Assembly (NCBI GenBank): GCA_964016885.1
Contig: OZ024743.1
Location: 174,344,001-174,408,000, forward strand
DNA: 64,000 bases
Reading direction: 5' to 3'
Source of the DNA: Eledone cirrhosa
Lineage: Eukaryota
This document shows positions 40,602 to 54,839 of the stretch, in pieces. The notes beneath the pieces were generated by a model that did not search any database, was not told the DNA's origin, and was given only the letters and a program-made list of their open reading frames with translations. The translations under genes were made by a program, and so were the position numbers. Within the stretch, counting starts at the first letter, position 1. The number at the start of each line of letters is the position of its first letter.

Positions 40602-40962
40602 CATGTATCAAATATGACCCTGTCCCTTCATTTGGATATCACGGGAGGAAAAAATCAACTGATCTATTCATTCTGAAAGAAAACCTTACCCCACTGCCAA
40701 AAGCTAATTTAAATCCTTGCGCTAAAGAATTCAAGCCGTCTTCTGTGTTTGCATCACTGTATTCCTCTGTGGCAACAGCTCAGCCAGGTTTGAAACCTAA
40801 AGTCTGTAAGAAGAAGAATAACACCACCAACAACACCACCACCACAGCCCAGGCCAAATCTGACGAAGTTCTTCGGAAGCGAATTCAGTTTCTGTTGCAC
40901 ACAAAGAAGATTATTATATTGTTACGTGGATGTCCTGGCAGTGGTAAATCCACACTAGCCAA
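40602..40962 (+). CDS. N4BP2: N4BP2-like exon: PAM2-like motif and P-loop of the polynucleotide kinase (AAA_33-type) domain
   Basis: ttgcag| acceptor, KANLNPCAKEFKP, IIILLRGCPGSGKSTLAK, and AA|GTAAGT donor (phase 2). Confidence 0.88.
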
Positions 40963-41454
40963 GTAAGTCTTCTTCTTAATTATCTTATTAGAAACCATTA
41001 TTTTGGGATTGGCAGTATCAGTAGAAGGTCGGACACCATGCTTTCCAGCATAGTTACGTCCCTTTACAGTCTGAGTTCAAATCCCGCCAAGGTTAACTTT
41101 GCCTTCCATCCTTACGGGGTAGATAAAATAAAGTATCAGTAATGCACTGGGTAATTGCTGGCCTTGTGCCAATTATTTTAATAATGGTTGCTACTATGGG
41201 CAGGAGGGGAAAGTCGATTAAATCTACCCCAGTGCATTACTGGTACTATATTTTATCGATCCTGTAAGGATGAAAGGCAAAAATAACCTCAACGGGATTT
41301 GAACTCAGAACGTAACTCTATGCTACGACATGTGGAGAGATGTCGTGCTGAGAAGGACCTGTCCAACCCATGTAAGTGTGGAAAAGCGGACGTAAAAATG
41401 ATGATGATATATATATATATATATATATAGAAGTAGTAACACAATAGTTAGTTC

Positions 41455-41507
41455 ACCATACCGAGAACAATTGTTTCACCTTACGCGGATCTTCAGCTCG
41501 GACTGGT
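41455..41507 (-). ncRNA. Minimal type I hammerhead ribozyme, probably in a PLE pLTR remnant (~41430-42000)
   Basis: Minus strand reads acca-gt-ccgag-CTGAAGA-tccgcgtaaggt-GAAA-caattg-TT-ctcgg-ta-tggt. Palindromic stem III and extended stem I with an internal loop. Confidence 0.7.
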
Positions 41508-42328
41508 ATATATATACCAAATAACCTTAAGACATGTTGTTTACATAATTGTATTTATTATGTAATACATATTTCAGTGACATGGTGGGTAGTTATTATG
41601 TAATGGTTACATCAGTAGCTGGCACAAGTGTGGCATCATCAGATGTTAACACAATTATGTGAAGTGCTTATGCTGATATGTTGCAGGTAAAATAGTTCCA
41701 TCCCAGCACAGATCCAGTGAACATATGACACACCGAATCTAGTTTCTCCTTACTGTTTGTGTGTTAGAAGTATCTATTTTCTGATTGGTGGAATCTGCAG
41801 ACTCTGAGAAACGTTCCTTAATTCCAGTGTTGACAGCTAACGTGTGTGGTTTGTCTCTATTGCTGCATGCTCTTTCTTGATGAGTGTAAAATATAAAATT
41901 GTCATTTATTGTATTTTTTTGCTTATTCTTCTAGTTAAGTATTATCTGTTGTTGCCAGCCATGTCTAGGATTCAGATATCAATTGTACCTGCTTATTGGC
42001 ACCAAATATATATCTGCCTTGCAGTTGCTATGATAACAACAGCAATGTCCCCATTATCAACAACAAGAAGATAGCAATAATAGTAGTAATAATCCAGTAC
42101 AGATAAATTGTAAATAAAATGCAAAATAAATGATAAAGATGAAAGTAATGGTGGTAAATGATAGTACTTACAATAAGGTTTCTTAGTCCTTTGACATTAA
42201 GATGTTATCAGGAACAATAGAGAGGAGGGGAAAGAAGGAAAAGGAAAGAAAGACGAATGTAAATAACAATAATTGGAAGTAAATTAAAAAGGAAAATAGA
42301 AAAAATAAGATATGTAAAAATATGTGTA

Positions 42329-45300
42329 TCTATATATATAAAGCTGAGGATGTGTGTGCTAAGGTTTGTAACGTATGCACGTCCACAATTTCCAACGGAT
42401 TCTATTTAAAGTTGGGACAATTATTGCTTTTGGTCAGGAAAAGGTCATGAAGCAAAGAAATTTCAAATCCATCAACAATAAGGGCAAAAATCGATCATGA
42501 TCATTCCCCCCTCTTTATAATTTAACTGCTTTACTCTCTCTGTCGCTCTTCACTCCCTATATGACAACACTGCAGTGGAGCATTCCGTATTGACATACGG
42601 CTTATCTGGGGCATTTTCACTCGGCTTATTGCAAATAAAACCCGCAAAATAACACTTCATATAACAGATTAACGCTATAGACATATGAATCGGAATGTAA
42701 CCCGTGAACTTTTTCCTGGGAAAAATTATTCGAACAGACATGACCTCATTGCCAGAGTGTTCAGACTGAAACTGGCTAAACTCATGGCTTTAATCAAAAA
42801 GGGTCAGGTATTTGGGGTTGTAAAATGTGACATGTTCACCGTCGAATGGCAAAAACGAAGGCTGCCTCATGCTCACATTTTGATTTGGTTAGCTGATAAA
42901 ATCAATTCAAATGCCATAGACAGCTTCATTTCGGCTGAAATCCCTAACCCAGCAACTGACCAGGAATTACATGACATCGTCAAAGCTAACATGGTCCGTG
43001 TGCGTCGAATCCTAATGACCATCACACGTGTCTGAAAGGGGGGTCGTGCAGTAAGGGATGCCCCCCAAAATTTGTTGACCAGACTCAGACTAGTGGCGAC
43101 GGGTAGCCCCTGTACAGGCGGAGATGGCCCGAGAACGGTGGCTTCACCACAACAGTAAAGGGAGGTCAAGTCGACAATAGATGGGTGGTCCCTTACTGCC
43201 CGCTTCTCTTGAAAAAGCGGGCAGTAAGGCACCACATCAACATTGAGTTTTGCAACTCCGTCAAGTCGATAAAATACATATGCAAATATGTAAATAAGGG
43301 CTCTGATGCCGCAATGTTCGCATTTCAAGCTGAAAATAGCAGGGACGAGGTCACAGAATACCTGGTGGGGCGGTACATCAGTAGCAATGAAGCTTTTTGG
43401 CGCCTATTTGGTTTACCCCTACACCAACGGCACCCCGCCATCGTACAGCTTGCGGTACATTTGGAAAATGGGCAAAGGGTTTACTTTACGGACCAAACCA
43501 CTGCCAAGCTGGCCGCCGATCCGAAAGAGACCACTCTGACAGGCTTCTTCAAACTTTGCCAGTTCGATACATTTGCGCAAACAACTGTGTACCCCCAGGT
43601 TCCATCCTACTTTATATGGTCGAAAAACACTTGGGTGCGAAGAAAGTCAGGCCAGGCTGTTGAAAGACATCCTGGTGTAAAATTTGACAGCTGTCTTGGA
43701 AGGGTTTACACTGTGCCCCCAAGTCAGCATGAGTGCTTTCATCTCCGCCTTCTTCTGCATGAAGTTGTAGGCCCACAAAGTTTTCAGGACCTCAAAACTG
43801 TTGATGGAGAAATATGTGATACGTACCGGGAAGCTTGCTTTAAGCGTGGTCTTTTGGAAGATGATTCGCAATGGGATTCCACTTTAGCAGAGGGTGCTTT
43901 GTTGAAATCACCTAAAGGTCTACGGGAACTCTTTGCTATTTTGCTTCAAAAGTGTGAATTGGGTGATCCCAAATCTTTATGGGTCAAGTACAGAGACTTC
44001 ATGTCTGAGGACTTCCTGCGCCTGGCTCATCTGCAGTATACTTCAGTGGAAGTTGGTTACAGCGACATTATCTACAACAGAGCACTCATTGATATCAAGG
44101 ACGCCCTCCTTGACATGGGTGGGAGTGAGTTGGCGACGTATGGCTTGCCATCAACCGTCAGAGAGGAAGCTAACATGTTGGCCCCGGATTTGTTGCGGGA
44201 AACAGAATATGACATCGAATCTCATTCCCAATACTTAGAGGAAAATGAGCCCAAACTTCTGTCAGACCAAAGGTTGGCCTATTTAACTATCATTGACGCG
44301 GTTCAAAATCAGACTGGGTGTATTTACTTTTTCGATGCTCTTGGGAGTTCCGGAAAAACTTTTGCAACGAAATTGATTCTCGCTAAGATTCGTCAGGAGA
44401 AAAAAATTGCGTTGGCCGTTGCATCGTCCGGGATCGCTGCTACTTTGCTGCCGAGAGGCAGGACAGCACATTCAACCTTTAAACTCCCCTTGGATTTAGT
44501 AAAAACTGAGACACCAACATGCAATATCAGCAAGAGTTCACACGAAGCTCTGGTTCTCAAAAAATGTTGCCTCATTGTTTGGGATGAGTGCACAATGGCA
44601 CACAATGGTGCCCTTGAGGCATTGGACCGGACCCTGAAAGACATAAGGGATTCTACGGCTCCTATGGGTGGCGTAACCCTTCTGATATCGGGATTTTCGG
44701 CAAACGCTGCCTGTCATCCCCAAAGGGACAAGAGCTGATGAACTGCGTGCCTGCCTTAAGTCGTCTATGTTGTGGCTCCAGGTGAAGAGTTTGTACCTGA
44801 GCACAAATATGCGTGCTCATTTGCATGGTGACATGTCTGCAGCATTTGCTCAGAACATTTTAGCACTTGGTGAGGGCAATGTCCCTGCGGATGACAAGGG
44901 CGGCATAGCAATCGGTTCCCTGTACAACATTGTGAGCAGTCCTTCTGACCTTTGGGAAGCAGTTTTTCCTAATGTCTCATCTAACTTTAAAAACCTCGAT
45001 TGGCTCAGAGAAAGAGCCATCCTTGCTCCGAAAAATACCATGGTTAATTTTATTAACGAGCAGCTGATTGAGAAGATTCCCGATAAAGAACCATCTTCAA
45101 ATCTATCGACCAGACGTCAGACCTCGACGATATTGTTAATTATCCGGTTGAGTTATTAAATTCCATTGAGCCCCCAGGGCTCTCACCTCACATTCTTAAG
45201 CTTAGGGTTGGCTGTCCCATTATGCTAATAAGGAACTTGCGTCTACCAAAGCAGTGCAATGGTACTCACATGGTCGTCAAGTCACTGACGCCCCACTTGA

Positions 45301-45900
45301 TTGAGGCCACCATTGTAACGGGGTGCGGGAGAGGGGAGAATGTTTTCATTCCAAGGATGAACTTTTTCCCCTCGGCGTCAGATATCCTGTTCGATTTCTG
45401 GCGATCCCATTTGCCGGTGAGACCATGTTTTGCCATGTCCATTACCAAGTCACAAGGGCAAACATTGTCAGTGGCGGGCATCCATTTGGGGGGGCCAAAT
45501 TTTTTGTTGCCTGTTCCCGCGTAGGGAGCAGGAATGGACTTTTTGCTTACACTCCTCAAGGGATGACACGCAATATCGTCTACAAAGAGGTGCTATAGAT
45601 GTTGGTGCAGGTATTGGAGGTGTTGGAGCTATGCCGTCTGGAAAACTGGTAGGGTCACCCATGGCGGACAGATCTGACACCCAGCGGCATCAGGACCACC
45701 ATCTTGTAACTTTGGTCTACTAAATTCGCTATTAGAAGATTGACTGTCCAAAATGCTAATTGGTTCGTAACTTTTAATAACCGGTTCAACTGCTTTATGC
45801 ACTTAATTGATAAGCTTATTCGCTTTCAAGCTACGTTTACCTGTATGTAACTTTTCATAGCAAATGAACAGACCCGAGCAATGCCGGGCTAAACTGCTAG
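42329..45900 (+). mobile_element. Helitron with decayed, internally deleted Rep/PIF1-helicase gene
   Basis: 5' TCTATATATATAAA; HUH Rep motifs VEWQKRRLPHAHILIW and KYICKYVNKG; helicase motifs DALGSSGKT, GRTAHS, WDE, AMSITKSQGQTL; 3' cccg..cggg hairpin plus CTAG|T. Confidence 0.92.
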
Positions 45901-45903
45901 TAA

Positions 45904-47561
45904 TCTATAATATTATAAAGCTGAGTGTTGTGTGTATGTATCCTACACACCTCCCTATTGTTTCTTACCTTTACTCTCTCCGTCGCTCTTCTCTCTCTCT
46001 ATAATAGATCATTCCCCCTCTCTATAATTTAACTGCTTTACTCTCTGTCTCTCTTCACTCTCTATATGACAACACTCTTTTACTTTCCGTAGAGATGAGC
46101 ATCGTATGTAAATTCGGTCAACACGTATGTATCCTACACACCTCCCCATAGTTTCTTAGCTTTACTCTCTCCTTCGCTCTTCCCTCTCTCTATAATAGAT
46201 CATTCCCCCTCTCTATAATTTAACTGCTTTACTCTCTCTGTCGCTCTTCACTCTCTAATATTATGAAGCTGAGCGTCGTCTCTCTCTCTCCCTCTTTCAC
46301 CCTCTCTATAATTTAACTGCTTTACTCTCTGTCTCTTCACTCTATATGACAACACTCTTTTACTTTCCGTATCTACCTCCAATATATCAATATACACTCA
46401 GGTTCTGCTGCACGTTGGGCTGAGGGGGCCAAACTCCTCAAATACCAGTTGCTCTCCAACAGATGTGCGGTCGTACCCCTAACAGTGGAGACGTCTGGTG
46501 TCCTCGGCCCCAGGGCTACCTCCTTACTCAACACCATAGGCGCTGAGCTGGCCAGCTGCAGGTGTGAGCCCCGCGAGTTGGAGTGGCTTTTCCAGCGCGT
46601 CTCCTTTGCCGCCCCCGGGGAAACGCCTTCTCCATTCTGTCCGCCAGGGCTGTGGGTGGGCCCCATCGCGTACCGTTGTAATTGTTGTATACAGATATTA
46701 ACTCATCAATCCCATTATTTATATCATATATCAACATAGAGATGAGCGTTGTATGTATGTTTATTTCAAAAGGATAACCTCCTTCAAATTCGGTCAACAC
46801 ACAAGCAAGTCATACATACATCAAAAGGCAACCCTCTTAGAGAGACAGATTAGGAAAACTACACACACACACATCTAAAGAGAGAGAGAGAGACGGGGAA
46901 AGAGAAACAGAGGGATGGGCAAGCAAGTAATACATACATCTAAAATCATTTGGATACAAATATCATAATATAATGGTTGCAGAACGAAATTACAGACAAA
47001 TATAATAATGTAGGTATCCCACACACTTTTTCTGTTGTCGCTCGCATAAGTAACACACACACACACACACACGCAAATACACATACTTTCACACCTGATT
47101 TTGCCAATTGCCGGATAACATCAAAACAAAACACACACACATGCACATATACACAAACACGTAAACATACACAAACACACACATATCTATACTTTATATG
47201 TATGAATGTATGTAAGATCATTCGCCCTCGCTATAATTTAACTGCTTTACTCTCTCTTCAATCTCTATATGACAACACTGTTTTAGTTTCCGTATCTCCC
47301 TTCAATATATACTCACATAGAGAGAGATTTAAAGAAAGATTAGGAAAACTACACACACACATCTACAGCGAGAGACAGAAAAACAGGGAGAAGAAAAGAG
47401 AGAGATAGGCCGTTAGACAGAGAGAGATACAATTAAAGTGTTAGTTATTCAGAGAGAGAGAGTCGGAAGGACAATGTGACACGGGGGGGGGGGTGTATCT
47501 TTGCAGTGGAGTGGTGGGGGTAGGTATACTTAGCCGGGTGCCAGCCGAACGGGCCAGCTAG
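45904..47561 (+). mobile_element. Non-autonomous Helitron, directly tandem to the coding one, carrying a retrotransposon fragment
   Basis: 5' TCTATAATATTATAAAGCTGAG resembles the start at 42329. Shares a repeated gatcattcccc..tataatttaactgctttactctc block with 42499-42570. 3' GC-rich patch plus CTAG|T. Confidence 0.7.
46400..46615 (+). pseudogene. CRE-like REL endonuclease fragment inside the Helitron
   Basis: GSAARWAEGAKLLKYQLL...VVPLTVETSGVLGPRA...WLFQRVSFA. Confidence 0.68.
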
Positions 47562-47871
47562 TAATAGATATTTACTAAGTAATGAAAGATAAGATATGGA
47601 AAATATATGCATAATAATTGTTTCTACTTTTGGCACAAGGCCAGCAATTATCCCAGTGCATTACTGGTACTTTATTTTATCGACCCCGTAAGGATGAAAG
47701 GCAAAGTTAACCTCGGCGGGATTTGAACTCAGATCATAAAGGGAGGTAACTCTATGTGCATAATAATAGATTTAAAATTATAAACTAATGAAATAATGAA
47801 AAATATAATAAATATATGTATAAAAGATAAAGATAAAAAATAATAATGGATTCTATTGCACAAATCATGTT

Positions 47872-50800
47872 TATAGTATCTACCACATACATACTATATA
47901 GTATCTACCACATACACACTATATAGTATCTACCACATACACACTATATAGTATCTACCACATACATACTATATAGTATCTACCACATACACACTATATA
48001 GTATCTACCACATACACACTATATAGTATCTACCACATACATACTATATAGGATCTACCACATACATTCTATATAGGATCTACCACATACATACTATATA
48101 GTATCTACCACATACATACTATATAGATCTACCACACTATATAGTATCTACCACATACATACTATATAGTATCTACCACACTATATAGTATCAACCACAT
48201 ACACACTATATAGGATCTACCACATACATACTATATAGATCTACCACATACATACTATATAGGATCTACCACATACACACTATATAGGATCTACCACATA
48301 CATACTATATAGTATCTACCACATACACACTATATAGTATCTACCACATACATACTATATAGTATCTACCACATACATACTATATAGTATCTACCACATA
48401 CACACTATATAGTATCTACCACATACATACTATATAGTATCTACCACATACATACTATATAGTATCTACCACACTATATAGTATCTACCACATACATACT
48501 ATATAGTATCTACCACACTATATAGTATCTACCACATACATACTATATAGTATCTACCACACACATACTATATAGTATCTACCACATACATACTATATAG
48601 TATCTACCACATACACACTATATAGTATCTACCACACTATATAGTATCTACCACATACATACTATATAGTATCTACCACATACATACTATATAGTATCTA
48701 CCACATACATACTATATAGTATCTACCACATACATACTATATAGTATCTACCACATACACACTATATAGTATCTACCACATACACACTATATAGTATCTA
48801 CCACACACTATATAGTATCTACCACATACACACTATATAGTATCTACCACATACATACTATATAGTATCAACCACATACACACTATATAGTATCTACCAC
48901 ATACATACTATATAGTATCTACCACATACACACTATAGTATCTACCACATATATACTATATAGTATCTACCACAGACTATATAGTATCTACCACATACAT
49001 ACTATATAGTATCTACCACATACATACTATATAGTATCTACCACATACACACTATATAGTATCTACCACATACATACTATATAGTATCTACCACATACAT
49101 ACTATATAGTATCTACCACAGACTATATAGTATCTACCACATACATACTATATAGTATCTACCACATACACACTATATAGTATCTACCACATACACACTA
49201 TATAGTATCTACCACATACACACTATATAGTATCTACCACATACATACTATATAGTATCTACCACATACATACTATATAGTATCTACCACATACATACTA
49301 TATAGTATCTACCACATACATACTATATAGTATCTACCACATACACATTATATAGTATCTACCACATACATACTATATAGTATCTACCACATACATACTA
49401 TATAGATCTACCACATACACACTATATAGGATCTAGCACATATATAGTATCTACCACATACACACTATATAGTATCTACCACATACACACTATATAGTAT
49501 CTACCACATACACACTATATAGTATCTACCACATGCATACTATATAGTATCTACCACATACACACTATATAGTATCTACCACATACATACTATATAGTAT
49601 CTACCACATACATACTATATAGATCTACCACCTACACACTATATAGTATCTACCACATACATACTATATAGATCTACCACACTATATAGTATCTACCACA
49701 TTCATACTATATAGTATCTACCACATACATACTATATAGTATCTACCACATACACACTATATAGTATCTACCACATACATACTATATAGTATCTACCACA
49801 GACTATATAGTATCTACCACATACACACTATATAGTATCTACCACATACATGCTATATAGTATCTACCACATACACACTATATAGTATCTACCACATACA
49901 TACTATATAGATCTACCACACTATATAGTATCTACCACATTCATACTATATAGTATCTACCACATACATACTATTTAGTATCTACCACATACACACTATA
50001 TAGTATCTACCACATACATACTATATAGTATCTACCACATACATACTATATAGTATCTACCACATACATACTATATAGTATCTACCACAGACTATATAGT
50101 ATCTACCACATACATACTATATAGTATCTACCACATAATACTATATAGTATCTACCACATACATACTATATAGTATCTACCACATACATACTATATAGTA
50201 TCTACCACATACACACTAGTATCTACCACATACACACTATATAGTATCTACCACACACTATATAGTATCTACCACATACACACTATATAGTATCTACCAC
50301 ACTATATAGTATCTACCACATACATACTATATAGTATCAACCACATACACACTATATAGTATCTACCACATACATACTATATAGTATCTACCACATACAC
50401 ACAATAGTATCTACCACATACATACTATATAGTATCTACCACAGACTATATAGTATCTACCACATACATACTATATAGTATCTACCACATACATACTATA
50501 TAGTATCTACCACATACATACTATATAGATCTACCACATACACACTATATAGGATCTACCACATATATAGTATCTACCACATACACACTATATAGTATCT
50601 ACCACATACACACTATATAGTATCTACCACATACACACTATATAGTATCTACCACATACATACTATATAGTATCTACCACATACACACTATATAGTATCT
50701 ACCACATACATACTATATAGTATCTACCACATACATACTATATAGATCTACCACATACACACTATATAGTATCTACCACATACATACTATATAGATCTAC

Positions 50801-52772
50801 CACACTATATAGTATCTACCACATTCATACTATATAGTATCTACCACATACATACTATATAGTATCTACCACATACACACTATATAGTATCTACCACATA
50901 CATACTATATAGTATCTACCACATACACACTATATAGTATCTACCACATACATACTATATAGATCTACCACACTATATAGTATCTACCACATACATACTA
51001 TATAGTATCTACCACAGACTCTATAGTATCTACCACATACACACTATATAGTATCTACCACATACATACTATATAGTATCTACCACATACACACTATATA
51101 GTATCTACCACATACATACTATATAGATCTACCACACTATATAGTATCTACCACATACATACTATATAGTATCTACCACAGACTATATAGTATCTACCAC
51201 ATACACACTATATAGTATGTACCACATACACACTATATAGTATCTACCACATACATACTATATAGTATCTACCACATACTCACTATATAGTATCTACCAC
51301 ATACACACTATATAGTATCTACCACATACATACTATATAGTATCTACCACATACACACTATATAGTATCTACCACATACATACTATATAGATCTACCACA
51401 CTATATAGTATCTACCACATTCATACTATATAGTATCTACCACATACATACTATATAGTATCTACCACATACATACTATTTAGTATCTACCACATACACA
51501 CTATATAGTATCTACCACATACATACTATATAGTATCTACCACAGACTATATAGTATCTACCATATACACACTATAAAGTATCTACCACAGACTATATAG
51601 TATCTACCACATACACACTATATAGTATCTACCACACACTATATAGTATCTAAAACATACACACTATATAGTATCTACCACAGACTATATAGTATCTACC
51701 ACATACACACTATATAGCATCTACCACACTATATAGTATCTACCACACTATATAGTATCTTCCATACTATATAGTATCTACCACACACTATATAGTATCT
51801 ACCACATACATACTATATAGTATCTACCACACTATATAGGATCTACCACATACACACTATATAGTATCTACCACATACACACTATATAGTATCTACCACA
51901 CTATATAGTATCTACCACACTGTATAGTATCTACCACACTATATAGGATCTAACATACTATATAGGATCTACCACACTATATAGGATCTACCACACACTA
52001 TTATAGTATCTACCACATTATATAGTATCAACCACATACACACTATATAGTATCTACCACACTATATAGTATCTACCACACTATATAGTATCTTCCATAC
52101 TATATAGTATCTACCACATACACACTATATAGGATCTACCACATACACAATATATAGTATCTACCACACTATATAGTATCTACCACACACTATATAGTAT
52201 CTACCACACTATATAGTATCTACCACATACACACTATATAGTATCTACCACACTATATAGGATCTACCACACTAAATTGGATCTACCACACTAAATAGGA
52301 TCTACCACACTATATAGCATCTACCATACTATATAGGATCTACCACACTATATAGGATCTACCACACTAAATAGGATCTACCACACTATATAGCATCTAC
52401 CATACTATATAGGATCTACCACGCTATATAGGATCTAACACACTAAATAGGATCTACCACACTATATAGGATCTACCACACTATATAGGATCTACTACAC
52501 TATATAGGATCTAACACACTATATAGGATCTAACACACTATATAGGATCTACCACACTATATAGGATCTACCACACTAAATAGGATCTACCACACTAAAT
52601 AAGATCTACCACACTAAATTGGATCTACCACATTATATAGGATCTACCACACTATATTGGACCTACCACACTATATAGGATCTACCATACTATATAGTAT
52701 CTACCACACTATATAGTATCTACCACACTATACAGGATCTACCACACTATATAGGATCTAACACACTATATA
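47872..52772. repeat. ~4.9-kb minisatellite, 25-bp unit (tatagtatctaccacatacatacta) with 19-bp variants
   Basis: Direct reading; lies in an N4BP2-like intron. Confidence 0.97.
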
Positions 52773-53029
52773 GATATAAATATGCATATAGATATAAATA
52801 TGCATATAGATATAAATACACATCATCATCATCACCATTTAATGTCCATTTTTCATGCTAGCATGGGTTAGACAAGTTGTCCTATTTGAAGCAAGTCGAA
52901 GTCAGATGACCATGTCTTGCTGTTAGTGAACCGATTTTTGCTTGTTCCTATGGCTGGATGCCTTTCCTAATGCCAACCACATTTACAATGAGTGCTGGGT
53001 TCTTTTTGTTGTGACACGTATATATGTAT

Positions 53030-53062
<33 letters not shown>

Positions 53063-53169
53063 GATAAATCACTACCAGAAAATAATGTAAACAAATTTAA
53101 TATACACTGCACTACACATGACCAAGAATAGAGACCAATGGCAATAACTGACAGCAAAAGTGTCTTGAA

Positions 53170-53306
53170 TGGCACCCCAACGACTGGCTGCACCAGGGGC
53201 ACCCCAATGACTGACTGGTCCAGTGGCACATTTTAAAGTGGCACCCCAACAACTGGCTGCACCAATGGCACTATTTGTGTGGCACCCCAACGACTGGCTG
53301 CCCCAG
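53170..53306. repeat. Short direct repeats (ggcacccca..gactggctgcacca) x4
   Basis: Direct reading. Confidence 0.7.
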
Positions 53307-53423
53307 TGGTTTTTGGGAACATGATACAGATATAAGATGCAGGTAATGTAAATATAAGGGAAATTAGTATGCAGGTGTTGCTAGTATAGGAGGCAATATG
53401 TGTGTAATACTTTTGTAAAAAGT

Positions 53424-53773
53424 ACGCAGTAATACAGAAGACCTGACTTCCCACAGGTACAAGCCGAAGCTGAAGCATATAGACAATATGCCCCACCCCC
53501 TGCCACTGCAAACTGGTTGTGGAGGTATCACGACAAAAAAGCACCCAGCCCACACTATAAAGTGGTCGTGTAGGCACCAAGGAAAAAAGCACCCAGCACT
53601 CACTGTAAATGAGGTTGGTGTTAGGAAGGGTATCCAGCTGTAGAAATCAAGCCAAAATCAGTTCCCGTATGAGCAAGACAAGGTCTCTCGACCTGGCACT
53701 GCCCACAACAGGACAACCCGTCTAACCCATGCTAGCGTGGAAGAATGCGCATAAAATGGTGATGATGATGATG
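53424..53773 (+). mobile_element. RTE 3' end plus SINE-core unit (copy of 36521-36865)
   Basis: Same junction acgcagtaatacag...gctgaagcatatagacaatatgcccc..., with a (GAT)n tail. Confidence 0.8.
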
Positions 53774-54839
53774 ACTTTTGTAAAAAATGTATTTAGTATT
53801 TTTATCTATAGTTACTGACAATGTATCTGCAGGAAGGTTTTGGCTAATTTATGTGAGCAAGTGTTGAATAGTTCTGTCTTTCTATTTATAACTAGTGAGT
53901 TCTTTCTTATTATCTCCATGACCTCTGAAATACACAAGAAACGTGCATGGGAGCATCCTTATGTTCTATGGATTGAAGTTTAGACCAGGAAAGGGAATAT
54001 TTTGTTTTATTATCCTTAACCCATTTAAACTGGCCATATCCAGCCACCTCTTTCTGTTCAAACTTGCTGTACATACTTATGTTAAGGCATTCTACTCGAA
54101 ATAGATAATATCAAAATCTCATAGATTCAATATTATGAGTTAACGTGTTTATCATGAAAATACAATAGTAAATATAGAGTAATGTAAATGCTAAATGCTA
54201 AAGGGTTAAGCTTCCTCGCCATTTCTAAGTGGGCTGTGGCTATTTTTCTTATCTAGTCTTTAAATATGTAACAGTGGTTGTACCACCTTTCTTTAAACTT
54301 GGTTGCTGTTGCACCTACATATGTGTATACTTTATTATTTGTGCTAACTTTACATTCGTAAACGATATTTTTACTAAGGCATTCTCCTTCTAAGGTTCAT
54401 AGCCTGGGTATCCTACAGTTACACATTAAAGTGATGGGATTTATTCTGTCTTCTGTTGGTAGATTGGTTATCTGGCTGGGTTGTGTTTTCTACTCCATTG
54501 GTATTTGGTAAAGTGTTCCTAGAAGTTATGTCTATTTAGGTTGCTGTGGCAGAGTTGCTAGTTTGGTTCATATATGGTGGTTCTTCTATATTACTGTTTC
54601 CATTTTCAGAGTTGTGCAGTTTCCTTAATCTACTGTGGTTGATAGCATCTATGTTCTGGGCTAAGTTTCTAGTAAATAAGTAAGAGAGTTTGATAGTATA
54701 CCTATTAAATATTATATGATATGTATGTTCTTTTGAGAAGCATTTGTCAAGTGTCCTGATTTAACCCAGCTTGAAATAAACATAATCTGTACAACAAGAA
54801 AGACTCTAATAGAATTTGAGAGCAGCCTATGGACAAGAT

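Noticed and set aside
43185-45596. Host PIF1 helicase gene
   Set aside because: Intronless, fused to HUH Rep motifs, frameshifted and bounded by Helitron termini.
47872-52772. CRISPR array or telomeric repeat
   Set aside because: No unique spacers and no TTAGGG-type unit; it is a minisatellite.
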